A stretch of 26,921 bases of DNA from Oligoflexales bacterium (GTDB taxonomy: Bacteria > Bdellovibrionota_B > Oligoflexia > Oligoflexales > Bog-1112), in the NCBI GenBank assembly GCA_045106415.1, contig JBGCEP010000085.1, positions 1-26,921 of the forward strand, in the 5' to 3' direction. Shown piece by piece: positions 8,724 through 18,706 of the stretch. How positions within the stretch are numbered: position 1 is the first letter of the stretch; every line of letters begins with the position of its first letter. The notes under the pieces are model-generated. The model did not search any database. It had not been told where the DNA came from and saw only the letters and a list, made by a program, of their open reading frames with translations. A program made the position numbers and the translations under genes.

Positions 8724-9815
8724 TTATGCTTGTTGTTGAATTGGTGTGGTATGTGTTTTTATGTTTGATGATAGAGTTCTTTGTTTTTTGCGTGAAAATA
8801 ACTTGATTTTATGCGTGTTTTTATGGGTCCAATGTTGAAAGCAAACTCTTAAAATTTGCTGCATGTCGTAATTATTTGCAAGATTCACACGGTGATCCAA
8901 AACGCGCTGTGTTCTTATAGAAAAATAAGGCTGAAAATATTTAATAACGTTAAGGTACTTTTGCAGTGGGATCATACTATTTTGTTTGATCATTGGGAGA
9001 AAAAATCTTTGAAAAGTATCAGGATTCACAAAGCTTGGGAATTCAGGTGTGTGAGTGAAAGCGGGATTTTTAGATATTTCTTCTCGTAGGATTTCGATTA
9101 AAGATTTGAGTGTTAAGGTGTGCTGACCAGATGAAACATAGTAAGTTGTGTTTTTCGGATCTTGAGTATTGATTTTTTGTAACTGGTGGGCAACGTCGTC
9201 AACAGGAACCATGTCTAGGTATGTGTCTTCAAAACCTACGATGGCAGGTAATTGTCCACTGAAAAAGACTCCGAAGATTTGATAAATTCCACTATAGTTG
9301 TGAATGGAGCCATCAGTGCTGCGGCCAATAATAATAGAAGGGCGTATAATGCTGTATGGCAGTGAGGAATTGCGGACGGCATCCTCTGCGTGAGCTTTGC
9401 TGAACTCATAGCTGTTGTTATAGTTGTTACGGTTGAGAGCGGTGTCACTTTTTGGGTGGGAGTAAGTATCAACAAATGCGGTCGATACATAGATAAAGTG
9501 TTTTAACTTGGGGCAATGTTTTTTTGCAACTTCAATGAGCTCTTGAGTACCAAGGCAATTGATTCGTAAGGCCTCCTCGTCAGAGAGATTCCATTTTGTG
9601 TTTGCTGCCATATGATAAATTGTCTCAACGTTTGTGAGTAGAGAAAAATCCTTAAGAGCAAGTTCTGGTTGTAAAAGATCACCCTGAAGAGGAGTGATTC
9701 CTTCAGGAAGTTTTTCAGGGTTGCGAGCAAGCGCGATGATGTTGCTTTTGTCGGAACTTTGTTGGATAAACTCATGACCTAAAATACCTGTTCCACCTGT
9801 TAAAAGTATTGTCAC
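8724..9815 (-). CDS. Extended SDR of the NAD_binding_4 (thioester / fatty acyl-CoA reductase) type
   Basis: LLTGGTGILG, IYHMAANTKW, YVSTAFV, YEFSK (YxxxK), IIRPSIIIG and LDMVPVD motifs. GTG start at 9815 with GGAGG, overlapping the upstream TGA (GTGA). Confidence 0.88.
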   Translation of the reverse strand: MTILLTGGTGILGHEFIQQSSDKSNIIALARNPEKLPEGITPLQGDLLQPELALKDFSLLTNVETIYHMAANTKWNLSDEEALRINCLGTQELIEVAKKHCPKLKHFIYVSTAFVDTYSHPKSDTALNRNNYNNSYEFSKAHAEDAVRNSSLPYSIIRPSIIIGRSTDGSIHNYSGIYQIFGVFFSGQLPAIVGFEDTYLDMVPVDDVAHQLQKINTQDPKNTTYYVSSGQHTLTLKSLIEILREEISKNPAFTHTPEFPSFVNPDTFQRFFLPMIKQNSMIPLQKYLNVIKYFQPYFSIRTQRVLDHRVNLANNYDMQQILRVCFQHWTHKNTHKIKLFSRKKQRTLSSNIKTHTTPIQQQA

Positions 9816-10258
9816 GCCGCCTCCCAGCATGCTGCTATGGATGAAAGCATGGAGTGTGCATTTTCACGTAAAGCTTCAACAGCAATAGGGTTTAGTATGT
9901 CATCAAGTGCAGGGATCCCAATGTCGAAATCAATCTGAAGAGAAGCAACTGTTGTACTTTGCTTTTCTGTACTTTGTCGAAGCATCCATTGACCTTGGAA
10001 ATCAGCAAGATCCCCCTCTGTTTGCTTAAAAGTTACAGTAAAGTTTTTATGATCTTTAATTTCTTCTTCTGTCCAACACATGATTGATTCGCGTAGAGAG
10101 ACATTCCAATCAGTGAGTGAAGTGTGGCCCTCTTCTGAGATGACATCAACAGTGTTGACTGAGGGCATAAGGGCAGGATAGCCTGCAACATCAGACACGA
10201 TTTCCCAAACATCCTCTATATGGGCCTGAATATGGTGTTCAACACAAACTGATGGCAT
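9812..10258 (-). CDS. SRPBCC (polyketide cyclase / START-like) protein
   Basis: VWEIVSDVAGYPALMP, QTEGDLADFQGQW and FDIGIP motifs; 148 aa; AAGGAG RBS. Confidence 0.88.
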   Translation of the reverse strand: MPSVCVEHHIQAHIEDVWEIVSDVAGYPALMPSVNTVDVISEEGHTSLTDWNVSLRESIMCWTEEEIKDHKNFTVTFKQTEGDLADFQGQWMLRQSTEKQSTTVASLQIDFDIGIPALDDILNPIAVEALRENAHSMLSSIAACWEAA

Positions 10259-11495
10259 TTGAATCTCCTTTTTTTAACATATTTTTTTTCATGACTTGTG
10301 AAGCAGACAAGAAAATCCGCTCTTGACATACAATAAAATCTTTATCTTTCATAACTCCTGTAGGAGTTATGCGAAGAACTTCAGGAGTGGATAAGCATGG
10401 GGTGACAATCAGTTTGTTGTCCCAGCATGCGCTTAACATATGAGCTGCGGCTTCTGCCGAAGAACAATGAAGCCCTCTCATTAGGCCTCTACCTGTGTGT
10501 TTTATAAATATTCGTGGAAATTGCTCGACAAGGTTGTTCAACATTTTATTGAACATGGAACTGTTCTTATTCACAAGATCGAGAAACGAAGGCTGGCTTA
10601 AAATATCAACGCAAGCATGCACAGCTGCGCAAGCAAGAGGGTTCGCAGCCATTGTTGAACTGTGGAGCAAAGGATTCTTATCCATAGGTTTAAAGGCTTC
10701 AGGTGTTGCCATTAAAGCTGAAACAGCAATCATTCCTCCTCCTAGGGCTTTTCCAGAAAGAAGAATGTCGGGAAGAATACCCGAAGATTCGCTTGCCCAA
10801 ATCGTGCCTGAGCGGCCTAATCCGCACTGGATTTCATCAAATATTAATAGAGTGCCAGTCTCTTGACAGGCTTGTTTGAGGTTCAAAAGTTCTGTTGGTG
10901 AAAATTCAAAAATACCACCTTCACCTTGAATGGGTTCAATGAAAAGAGCGGCAGGCCGGTGATGTAAAATATCTTGAACCGATTTTGATATATCATTGCG
11001 CGGCAATCGAAGCGTTTTAGGTATCAAATCAGAACATGGCTCTCGAAACGCTTGACAGTCAGTCAAAGCTAGAGAACCTAGGGTTTTACCGTGGTAGCCA
11101 CTTGACATACGGGCAAGTAAAGATCGACCTGTTTTCGTGACAGCGATCTTAATGGCTGCTTCAACAATCTCAGAGCCACTATTCATTAAACAAATTTTAT
11201 GGAGCCCTTTTGGAGCTATTGACGCAAGCCGAAGCATCGCATCTGCGACAGGAGGGCTGAGCATCGCTCTAGAAGTTCCGTTTAGTTTGAGGAGTTGTTC
11301 TTGAATGCGTTTTTTAAAATAAGGGTTATCATGACCAAACAGGAAAACAGCAAAAGAACCAAGGTCGAGGTAATCACCACCCTTGTGCCCATAAACATAG
11401 CTGCCATGACTCTCTACTTCCCATTGCCCACAGTTTTGTCTAAGAAGGACATCGCCTCGAGACCCATGTGTGCGTGTAATGTTTGCGATATTCAT
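10239..11495 (-). CDS. Class-III PLP aminotransferase (omega-transaminase)
   Basis: NSGSE, YHGKTLG, EPIQGEGG, DEIQCGLGRSG, LLSGKALGGG (PLP lysine) and GRGLM motifs. Start moved to ATG 11495. Confidence 0.92.
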   Translation of the reverse strand: MNIANITRTHGSRGDVLLRQNCGQWEVESHGSYVYGHKGGDYLDLGSFAVFLFGHDNPYFKKRIQEQLLKLNGTSRAMLSPPVADAMLRLASIAPKGLHKICLMNSGSEIVEAAIKIAVTKTGRSLLARMSSGYHGKTLGSLALTDCQAFREPCSDLIPKTLRLPRNDISKSVQDILHHRPAALFIEPIQGEGGIFEFSPTELLNLKQACQETGTLLIFDEIQCGLGRSGTIWASESSGILPDILLSGKALGGGMIAVSALMATPEAFKPMDKNPLLHSSTMAANPLACAAVHACVDILSQPSFLDLVNKNSSMFNKMLNNLVEQFPRIFIKHTGRGLMRGLHCSSAEAAAHMLSACWDNKLIVTPCLSTPEVLRITPTGVMKDKDFIVCQERIFLSASQVMKKNMLKKGDSNAISLC

Positions 11496-11651
11496 GTGCA
11501 GTTTTTCTCTTTTTTCGGGAACAATATTATTAACGATAACTGTTATCGTTTTTATAATCAATAGGATTTTTTTTTTGTTTTGGCCTTAGGTTATCGTTGA
11601 TTTGATAGGGATCTTGGCGTATTTTAGCCGTGATTTTATAATGAGGTATTT

Positions 11652-12851
11652 GTGTTGAGTCAAACGAAAGTAGTGAATAGCCTATGTCAAATGATATTGA
11701 TTCTCTCATTATTTGATCGTTCTGCTTTTTGTGCACAAAGCTCTAAGGATTGGTCTGGAGTCCAAAAAAAAGCAACTTATATATGTTTGGCCTCCGGGAC
11801 TGTGGTAAGTTCCGTTTTTATACATCTTTGGGCTATTGAAAGCCTTTTGGATTACTATCAAATTAATGACCCATATGTGCAAACAGGGCTTGAAACAATT
11901 GCTGTTGCGTCGAATATTTATGTCATTGGGTCCACAAAGCTTTGCTCTTTGTGGGATAGGCTCTCTGTCTCTGAAAATGAAATATTGGACGACGCCTCTG
12001 AGCAAACCTCTCTTTGTAGAGATCTTGAAAGACAGTCTATAGATTTGAAGTGTGAAGAAAAAACGAGTGAGGGTTGTTCAGGCCGTTTGCCTATGTTGTA
12101 TGGAGTGGGTTGTATGGCGAGGGTTTTACCAGTGAAAGAAGTGTTGTCAGCATCTACTTTATTGAAAAAAATTCATTGTACAGGGAATGTGCCTGAAGTG
12201 ATCTTAACCACGGCATTATGGGCGTCTGAGGTTGCAACTTTTTGTTCTTTTAACGTCTATAAATCAAACCAGAGTTATTCATGGTTGTTTGATAAAGATT
12301 TTAAAGAAAAAGTTGCTATGGAAGATCGCCCTCATTCTAGAGCTTTGGCAGTTGGTTTGACTTCAATCTCTGTTTTAGCAAGTGTTGTTTCACATTTATA
12401 CTCTTCTGAGAAGGGTGCTTTGAAAATATTTGATTTTTATCATACAGGAAATGAACAAATTGCGATGGGAGTTGCAATTTTCATTACAACAGGCCTTTTG
12501 ATGATTGATATTCCTTTGAAGCTTCGAGCTCTATATGTTTACTTCGCAACGAAAGAGTCAAGGGTTTCTCACCATGAGATTGGACGTACATGGACATATA
12601 TACATAAGGCTTTGGGGTGCGGTGGTTATATGGGTGTGACTTTTGCTGTCCATTATAGACCAGCATTAGACCTTGCTGAAAAAGTGGGTTTTCCAAAAGG
12701 TCATTTAAGCAATGTTCTTCCTGCTTTGTTATTAGCAGGAATTAATACCTTGATTGTTAAGGAAGTTCAAGTGCGGCACATTGAAAACCATGTTCTACAC
12801 CGTTATCAAAGATGGACAAGGTCATTCAATCAAAACGCTTATTCCCCCTAG
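11652..12851 (+). CDS. Hypothetical multi-pass membrane protein with an internal duplication
   Basis: 399-aa ORF, GAGG before the GTG, signal-like N-terminus and about 8 moderately hydrophobic helices. Confidence 0.7.
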   Translation: MLSQTKVVNSLCQMILILSLFDRSAFCAQSSKDWSGVQKKATYICLASGTVVSSVFIHLWAIESLLDYYQINDPYVQTGLETIAVASNIYVIGSTKLCSLWDRLSVSENEILDDASEQTSLCRDLERQSIDLKCEEKTSEGCSGRLPMLYGVGCMARVLPVKEVLSASTLLKKIHCTGNVPEVILTTALWASEVATFCSFNVYKSNQSYSWLFDKDFKEKVAMEDRPHSRALAVGLTSISVLASVVSHLYSSEKGALKIFDFYHTGNEQIAMGVAIFITTGLLMIDIPLKLRALYVYFATKESRVSHHEIGRTWTYIHKALGCGGYMGVTFAVHYRPALDLAEKVGFPKGHLSNVLPALLLAGINTLIVKEVQVRHIENHVLHRYQRWTRSFNQNAYSP

Positions 12852-13074
12852 TTGTTTGAGTGATGCAATAAAAGCATGAGTTGAGTAGAGCTGGTGGTTT
12901 AGATTTTACCCACTATCTTGGTGGTTATGTTTTTTTAGGGGAGCTGCTTTGAAAAGAGAAGTTAGTAGGGTGCTTGCTATGCCGCTGTTTTCATAGTGCT
13001 TAATATTTAATCTTTAGAGTTTCTTGAAAAAGCCGATGAAACTGTGTTGGTAAGAACGTCTAAAGGGCGCGTTT

Positions 13075-16000
13075 ATGATGCGTTTAACAGTGAAGATCAT
13101 TGTTTTTTTAATCCTGCAATCTTGTGGAGCGGGTGGTAATAAAACAGCGCCTGTAAATAAGAGAACCTCTGAGCCGCTAGGGGTGATTGATTCAGGTGTT
13201 GAGTCTGTGATCGCTGCGAAGCAAGGTGGAAAAGTCTCAAACGCGTGGGCAGATGTTGTTTTTCCCGCAGGTGTACTTAAAGAAGACATTCGAGTTGTTT
13301 TAGAGCGTAGAGAGAACTGGCTGCATGTTGAAGCCTATTCCATTACGAGTGGTTTGGAGCTAAATGCATCTGGGCTTCAAGGTGAGATTCAGTTTTGTAT
13401 TATAGGGGGTCTTCCTTATACGGATGAAACTACAGCTGCTTTAAAGCCTGATGATGGTGACCTTGAGGTTAAGAAAAAAAATGATTTAACAAAGCTTTCA
13501 GATCGCCTGTGCTTTATGGCTAGTCATCCTAGTGCAAGCTTTAAAATTGGTGCGCCTGTACCAGATAATAAATTATCTGACCCTGAATGTTTTGACCCAG
13601 ACTTATCCCGTTTAGCTCAAGGAGAATCTATGATGCTATGTGACGGAAGTGTGGGTGAGGGAGAGTTAGACCTCTCTCAGATAAAGCCAGAGAACTTACG
13701 TGAAGGTGTTGTTGTTGACGGTATTGAGGGGATTCTTGAGGTGGACCCTTGTGACGCGGGAGGTCAGGTTGATTGTGTGACGACTGGAGACTTCCGTTCA
13801 GTGAGTGTTGATGGACTGAGCTCTAAAGTGATTGCTGGTCAAACGGTTGGTGGTATTGAAGGAGCGGTTGTCTTACCGGAAGAAGGCCATGTCCTTGGTG
13901 GTGTGACATATGGGAACCCGGATGTTCAAAATTTAGGTTCTTTGGTATTGCCAGCCTCGTCTCGAGTTCTAGAAGGTTCTCCGGTATACGGGAATCCTAC
14001 AGCTCCGGTGATAGGGACAGCAACACTGCCAGCTGCAAATTTTGTCTTGAGTGGGCAGCCGGATTATGGTGATAGTGCCGCTCCTATGGTGGCTTCTTTA
14101 ACGCTTCCTGAATCTCGGTATGTTTTATCCGGAAGCCCTAATTATGGGGATTCTAGTGCCCTTTCCTCAGGAACTCTGAGTCTTCCGCTGTCGCAAGTTG
14201 TTTTAAGTGGAAGCGCTTCATATGGAGATCCTGATGATCTGACGTCAGGGACGTTAACTCTTCCTTTAGCGAGTGATGTGGTGCAAGGAACAAATAGTTT
14301 TGGTAATCCGGACGCTTTGCAGACACCTAGTTATGATCCTGGTGATTTGCCTGATGTTGGTAATGTGTTGACTTCGGATACAGTTCATGGGGCGAATGGG
14401 ACATTAGAGCTTCCTTCAGCTGATCATGTTCTTGTAGGAAGTGGAACTTATGGAAATCCCTCTTTTGTGGTTACTCCTTTACTGACACTTCCCTCTGCCG
14501 CACATGTGCTTGCAGGGACTGCTTCTTTTGGAGACCCATCTTCTTTAATGACGCCAACGTTGACTTTACCCAGCGGGAGCCAGGTTTTAAACTCAGCTGG
14601 GAGTTTCGGTGCAGGTGGAACTGCAGTGACAGCTACCCTAACTCTTCCTGATGTGAAGCATGTTTATACTGGAACGACTTATGGAGAATCTAATTCTTTA
14701 TTAACGGGAACATTGATTGTTCCATCAGCATCTCATGTTTTTACAGGTATTAACTATGGGATCAGTGATTCACTGTTGACAGGAAACTTGACTTTACCTT
14801 CTGCAGGATCTGTTTTAAATACTGTCTCACCCTATGGTGTGGCAGGTTCATTGATTACTCCGAGTTTGACTCTACCAGATGCAAATAATGTGCTTCAAGG
14901 TTCTGCCTCATACGGAGTGCCTTCTTCGCAATTAGTGCCAGCTCTCACTATCCCAAGCGAGATTCATGTTCTTGCTGGGAGTGGAACCTATGGAAATTCA
15001 TCATCTTCACAGTCAGGAAGTCTCACCCTCCCTGAGGGCCGATATGTCTTGAACTCTTCATCATCATATGGAGTTGTTGGATCTTTGATCACTCCGTCAC
15101 TGACTTTACCAGACGCGGGCCTTGTTTTGGCGGGAACTAGTTATGGGGACTCGGCTGCGATAACATCTGGGACTCTTACTTTGCCTTCGGCAGCAGACGT
15201 TCATAATGCAGCGAGTCATTTTGGAAACCCAAACTCCCTTATTGTGCCAACTCTCGTACTGCCTTCTGTGGGCAATGTTCTCTCAGGTAGTGGGGCTTAT
15301 GGGGTTGGAGGGAGTTCTTCAACGCCATCCTATACTCCAGATTTCCCAGAGGTTGGACATGTCCTTTCAACAGATAGCGTTGACGGAAATTCTGGGACCT
15401 TAACATTGCCTAATGGTGGGGATGTGTTGTCAGGAAGTGGTGGGTATGGAGACCCTTCCTCCCCAACGGCACCTACTCTGACTTTGCCTGTCGCTTCTAT
15501 GGTGAGAGTCGCAGCGGGTGATTATGGGAACCCATCTTCTGTGACGTCTCCTACGCTTGCAAATTGCTCTTCAGATGGTGAACAATCTTGTTATGCAACC
15601 GGTGTCTTTAAAGCTGCGAATATTTCAGGATTGAGCGCTTGGGATATTAGAAGTGGTGTCGGTCTTGCGGGTTTTACAGGAGCTATGGCGTATAACTGTA
15701 GAAATACTTCTGATGTCACTTATTTCAACTATGAAGGAAGCGTTTCGAGCCTTCCTACTTTTGGCGTGAATGATGCTTTAGGGAGTTATGAAAACTGGGA
15801 TAGTATTGATCATGCTCAAGGTATAACCAGTCAGTCGGCTTTTGGAGCTGGTTTTATTTGTGATTCGACTCTATGGGTGGATAGAACTTCAGATGGTAGC
15901 TGTGATAGTGTTGGCGATGACTGTGTGTATGAGGATCAAATTTCTCAGCTAGAGTGGACAGAACTACAAGGCACAGGAAGTTGGCCTACGGCAATTGAAA

Positions 16001-16260
16001 CGTGTGATTCCCTAACATTTGATAGTGAATCTGACTGGAGATTGCCAACTCAACTTGAAATGCTTACTGCAATCAGTCACGGTATAAAATCACTTCAAGG
16101 TAGCAATTTTGTGACCAATCTGAATTTAAATTTTTGGAGTGCGACATCATCATCGTCAAGTCCAGATGATGCTTGGTATATGGCACCTGGTACAGGGTTG
16201 AGCAACACGGTTGGTAAAGGTGCTTCAAGATCGATTCTATGTGTTCGAAGCACTCTGTAG
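13075..16260 (+). CDS. Large surface lipoprotein: repeat stalk plus C-terminal DUF1566 (Lcl, C-type-lectin-like) domain
   Basis: Lipobox LQSC (Cys17), 22 tandem 23-26-aa repeats, and C-terminal DQISQLEW..WRLPTQLEM..FWSAT..AWYM..ILCVR. Confidence 0.88.
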   Translation: MMRLTVKIIVFLILQSCGAGGNKTAPVNKRTSEPLGVIDSGVESVIAAKQGGKVSNAWADVVFPAGVLKEDIRVVLERRENWLHVEAYSITSGLELNASGLQGEIQFCIIGGLPYTDETTAALKPDDGDLEVKKKNDLTKLSDRLCFMASHPSASFKIGAPVPDNKLSDPECFDPDLSRLAQGESMMLCDGSVGEGELDLSQIKPENLREGVVVDGIEGILEVDPCDAGGQVDCVTTGDFRSVSVDGLSSKVIAGQTVGGIEGAVVLPEEGHVLGGVTYGNPDVQNLGSLVLPASSRVLEGSPVYGNPTAPVIGTATLPAANFVLSGQPDYGDSAAPMVASLTLPESRYVLSGSPNYGDSSALSSGTLSLPLSQVVLSGSASYGDPDDLTSGTLTLPLASDVVQGTNSFGNPDALQTPSYDPGDLPDVGNVLTSDTVHGANGTLELPSADHVLVGSGTYGNPSFVVTPLLTLPSAAHVLAGTASFGDPSSLMTPTLTLPSGSQVLNSAGSFGAGGTAVTATLTLPDVKHVYTGTTYGESNSLLTGTLIVPSASHVFTGINYGISDSLLTGNLTLPSAGSVLNTVSPYGVAGSLITPSLTLPDANNVLQGSASYGVPSSQLVPALTIPSEIHVLAGSGTYGNSSSSQSGSLTLPEGRYVLNSSSSYGVVGSLITPSLTLPDAGLVLAGTSYGDSAAITSGTLTLPSAADVHNAASHFGNPNSLIVPTLVLPSVGNVLSGSGAYGVGGSSSTPSYTPDFPEVGHVLSTDSVDGNSGTLTLPNGGDVLSGSGGYGDPSSPTAPTLTLPVASMVRVAAGDYGNPSSVTSPTLANCSSDGEQSCYATGVFKAANISGLSAWDIRSGVGLAGFTGAMAYNCRNTSDVTYFNYEGSVSSLPTFGVNDALGSYENWDSIDHAQGITSQSAFGAGFICDSTLWVDRTSDGSCDSVGDDCVYEDQISQLEWTELQGTGSWPTAIETCDSLTFDSESDWRLPTQLEMLTAISHGIKSLQGSNFVTNLNLNFWSATSSSSSPDDAWYMAPGTGLSNTVGKGASRSILCVRSTL
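13867..15556 (+). repeat. Coding tandem repeat, about 75-78 bp period
   Basis: 20 units of LTLPxAxxVLxGxxxYGxxxxxxTP/GT plus 2 variant units (Y-P-D-P-VG-VL--D-V-G--GT). The units are diverged at DNA level. Confidence 0.92.
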
Positions 16261-16332
16261 GATTAGATCGACTTTAATTCTTAAAAACTGATAGAGTATA
16301 ACCACTATTAAATTTAGGTGAAGAAGGTGGTT

Positions 16333-17742
16333 ATGGCTGAGACTCCACGTATTGCTATCGTAGTTGATAATCCTCATCGTGATTTAGAAGGAATGACCCT
16401 TTTGGCGACTCACTTAGTGAGTAAAGGAGCGATAGCTTACTTAGTTCCTATGTATCATCAAGGTTTTGAAGTTCCGTCTATTGCTCCTCATGTTGTGTTG
16501 GTTAACTTTATTCGAGACGCAAATATCCCATTGATTCGCTCTTATCATGAGGCCGGTATTAGGGTCGGAGTTCTTGATACGGAAGGTGGTACTTGGGAAA
16601 GTCCAAAGCAATTTGCACAAGCAGTCGCATACCAAGATGCAAAAAAATGGATTGATTTTTATTACTTTTGGGGTGAGGCTCAATGTCAAGCTTTAAGAGA
16701 GTATAATAAAGAAGAAAATTTAGGAGTCGTTACAGGTTGTCCAAGGCATGATTTTTATGTCAAACACTATCGTAAAGCTTTAGAAAACCCATTTAAAGAA
16801 CAAGAAAAAGAACCTATTCTTTTCGTTTCTAATCTAGTAGGAAGTTTTCCAAGGTTTGTCACAGCTGAGCAAGAAATGCAGAATCAGATTGCTTGTGGTT
16901 ATGATAAAAAATACCTTGAAGAAGTTCAGAGAGACGAACGTCAAGCGCGTAAAAATGTTATGAAAATGGTTAGAGAACTTTCTCTAGATTTTCCAGAAAG
17001 AAATGTTATTGTTCGTCCTCACCCGTTTGAACAATATATGGATTATGTTGAAGAGTTTAAGTCTTTAAAGAATGTTTTTGTTGAAGGAGCAGGAAGTATC
17101 TCACATGCAATTTCTCATTCTTTAGTGATCTTACAAATGAATAGTTCTGCTGCTGTAGATTCATATCTTATGGATAAACCTGTGATTAATTTAGATTGGT
17201 GTCTTAGTGATCTAATGCAAGATAAATGTAAGCTCCCGTCACAAGTCAGTGCTCGACCTAAGAGTTATATGGAAGCGAAAATGATGATAAAGAATGTTAT
17301 TCAAGGGAAGAAAATACACGAAGTAAATGTTGACGTTGAGCAAGAAATTAAAAATTGGTTTGGATCTCCAGGAAATTCAGCTGATACTATTGCAAATCTC
17401 CTGATTGAAGAAAGTTCTAAGTGTTCCAATATTAATAATAACTATTGCCGAGAGATAGCAGCTAAGGGTAGTCGTGAGCCAAATTTGAGAACATCAATTG
17501 ACAAAATTGGGCGCAAAATTTTCTCGCCCAGAAATTATATTTTTCTTCGCAACCGAATTTTAACTAAAAAGATATTTAGTCAAGATAAAGCAGCAAAAGT
17601 TTTTACTCCTAAAACTGTCAGTAATATAGTGAAACGAATATCAAATGTCGATAAAATAGAAGATTTCCATATTTCTTATATTGAATCTAAAGATGTTGTG
17701 ACTCGCAATTTAGCTGGTTCAACTGTAAAATTAAGTCGATGA
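16333..17742 (+). CDS. Surface carbohydrate biosynthesis protein (GT-B-like)
   Basis: IAIVVDNPHRDL, VLDTEGG, YFWGEAQ, VTGCPRHD and IVRPHPFE motifs. Start moved to ATG 16333. Confidence 0.82.
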   Translation: MAETPRIAIVVDNPHRDLEGMTLLATHLVSKGAIAYLVPMYHQGFEVPSIAPHVVLVNFIRDANIPLIRSYHEAGIRVGVLDTEGGTWESPKQFAQAVAYQDAKKWIDFYYFWGEAQCQALREYNKEENLGVVTGCPRHDFYVKHYRKALENPFKEQEKEPILFVSNLVGSFPRFVTAEQEMQNQIACGYDKKYLEEVQRDERQARKNVMKMVRELSLDFPERNVIVRPHPFEQYMDYVEEFKSLKNVFVEGAGSISHAISHSLVILQMNSSAAVDSYLMDKPVINLDWCLSDLMQDKCKLPSQVSARPKSYMEAKMMIKNVIQGKKIHEVNVDVEQEIKNWFGSPGNSADTIANLLIEESSKCSNINNNYCREIAAKGSREPNLRTSIDKIGRKIFSPRNYIFLRNRILTKKIFSQDKAAKVFTPKTVSNIVKRISNVDKIEDFHISYIESKDVVTRNLAGSTVKLSR

Positions 17743-17772
17743 AATAATTTCTTAAGTGAAAGGATCTGAATA

Positions 17773-18624
17773 TTGTTTAATCCAACAGAGAGTGACTTTG
17801 AAGAAATAAAAAGTTGGGGTCTTGACCAAGATCCTTTTAAGGCAATCAAGGATTTTTCTCCAGAGAAAATAGAAAACCGCTGGGAGAACTCTTATCATAA
17901 AGAAGCTCATCAATCTTATTATGACAGAAGAGCTCAGTGGATTGAAAAGAAAAATTTTGATCATTACTATAAAAAGGCAGAGAAACCAATTGGTTATAAT
18001 GCTTGGAATTATTTAAAAGAAAGAAAAGCTTGGTATATTATGCCATTGGGTTGGGATTTATATGCAGAACCTGGTGTGACAAAGGTTCTTGATTTAGGTT
18101 GTGGTGATGGTGATGTCACTCAAAGAGTTGCAGATTATATTGTCAAAAAATGGGAAGAAAAAGGATATGAAGGTCATGACTTGACAATTGTTGGTCTTGA
18201 CCTTAACGCTTCTCGTATTGAGAATGCAAAACTTCACTGTCGTTCATCTCATGAAAAAATTAAATTTGAGTTTGCAGCATGTGATGTCGTTGGCGATGGT
18301 ATACCATACGCAGACCAAGCGTTTGATCATACGACTTGTACAGGTGTTTTAGAAATTCTTGAAGATAAGCCAGCTAAAGCTTTTGTGAAAGAGTTATGTA
18401 GAGTTACGAGAGATTCAGTGCATATTGAAGATCTAGCGGATGAATATCCAGGAGGGTATCCTCGTGAAAACTTTGACATGATGTTTGAACCTTGTGGTTT
18501 TAAAATTGAGCAAAATTTTACTGTACTTACAGAGCCTTTTTGCGAAAAAGGAACGAAGGATCCTATGAAACTTTGGCCAAATTTAAAAGATACAAATCTT
18601 TTAGCTCGTCGTATAAATAAATAG
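17773..18624 (+). CDS. Class I SAM-dependent methyltransferase
   Basis: VLDLGCGDG, VGLDLN and IPYADQAFD motifs; TTG start with AAAGGA upstream. Confidence 0.88.
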   Translation: MFNPTESDFEEIKSWGLDQDPFKAIKDFSPEKIENRWENSYHKEAHQSYYDRRAQWIEKKNFDHYYKKAEKPIGYNAWNYLKERKAWYIMPLGWDLYAEPGVTKVLDLGCGDGDVTQRVADYIVKKWEEKGYEGHDLTIVGLDLNASRIENAKLHCRSSHEKIKFEFAACDVVGDGIPYADQAFDHTTCTGVLEILEDKPAKAFVKELCRVTRDSVHIEDLADEYPGGYPRENFDMMFEPCGFKIEQNFTVLTEPFCEKGTKDPMKLWPNLKDTNLLARRINK

Positions 18625-18634
18625 TTTTTAATTT

Positions 18635-18678
18635 AAGAAAAGACCAGAAATCATTATGATTTCTGGTCTTTTCTTTTA
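18635..18678. terminator. Near-perfect inverted repeat, bidirectional terminator
   Basis: AAGAAAAGACCAGAAATCAT-t-ATGATTTCTGGTCTTTTCTT, 10 nt after the methyltransferase stop. Confidence 0.8.
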
Positions 18679-18706
18679 TGCGAACTGTCTTTGGAGGGGG
18701 CGCTTT

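Noticed and set aside
12982..13010. Possible sixth IS607 right-end trace (CCGCTGTT...CTTAA)
   Set aside because: An 8-nt match plus weak similarity, without the scaffold hairpins, is compatible with chance.
13867..15556. CRISPR array or DNA-level tandem repeat
   Set aside because: The periodicity is at protein level with diverged codons; there are no identical repeats with spacers and no cas genes.
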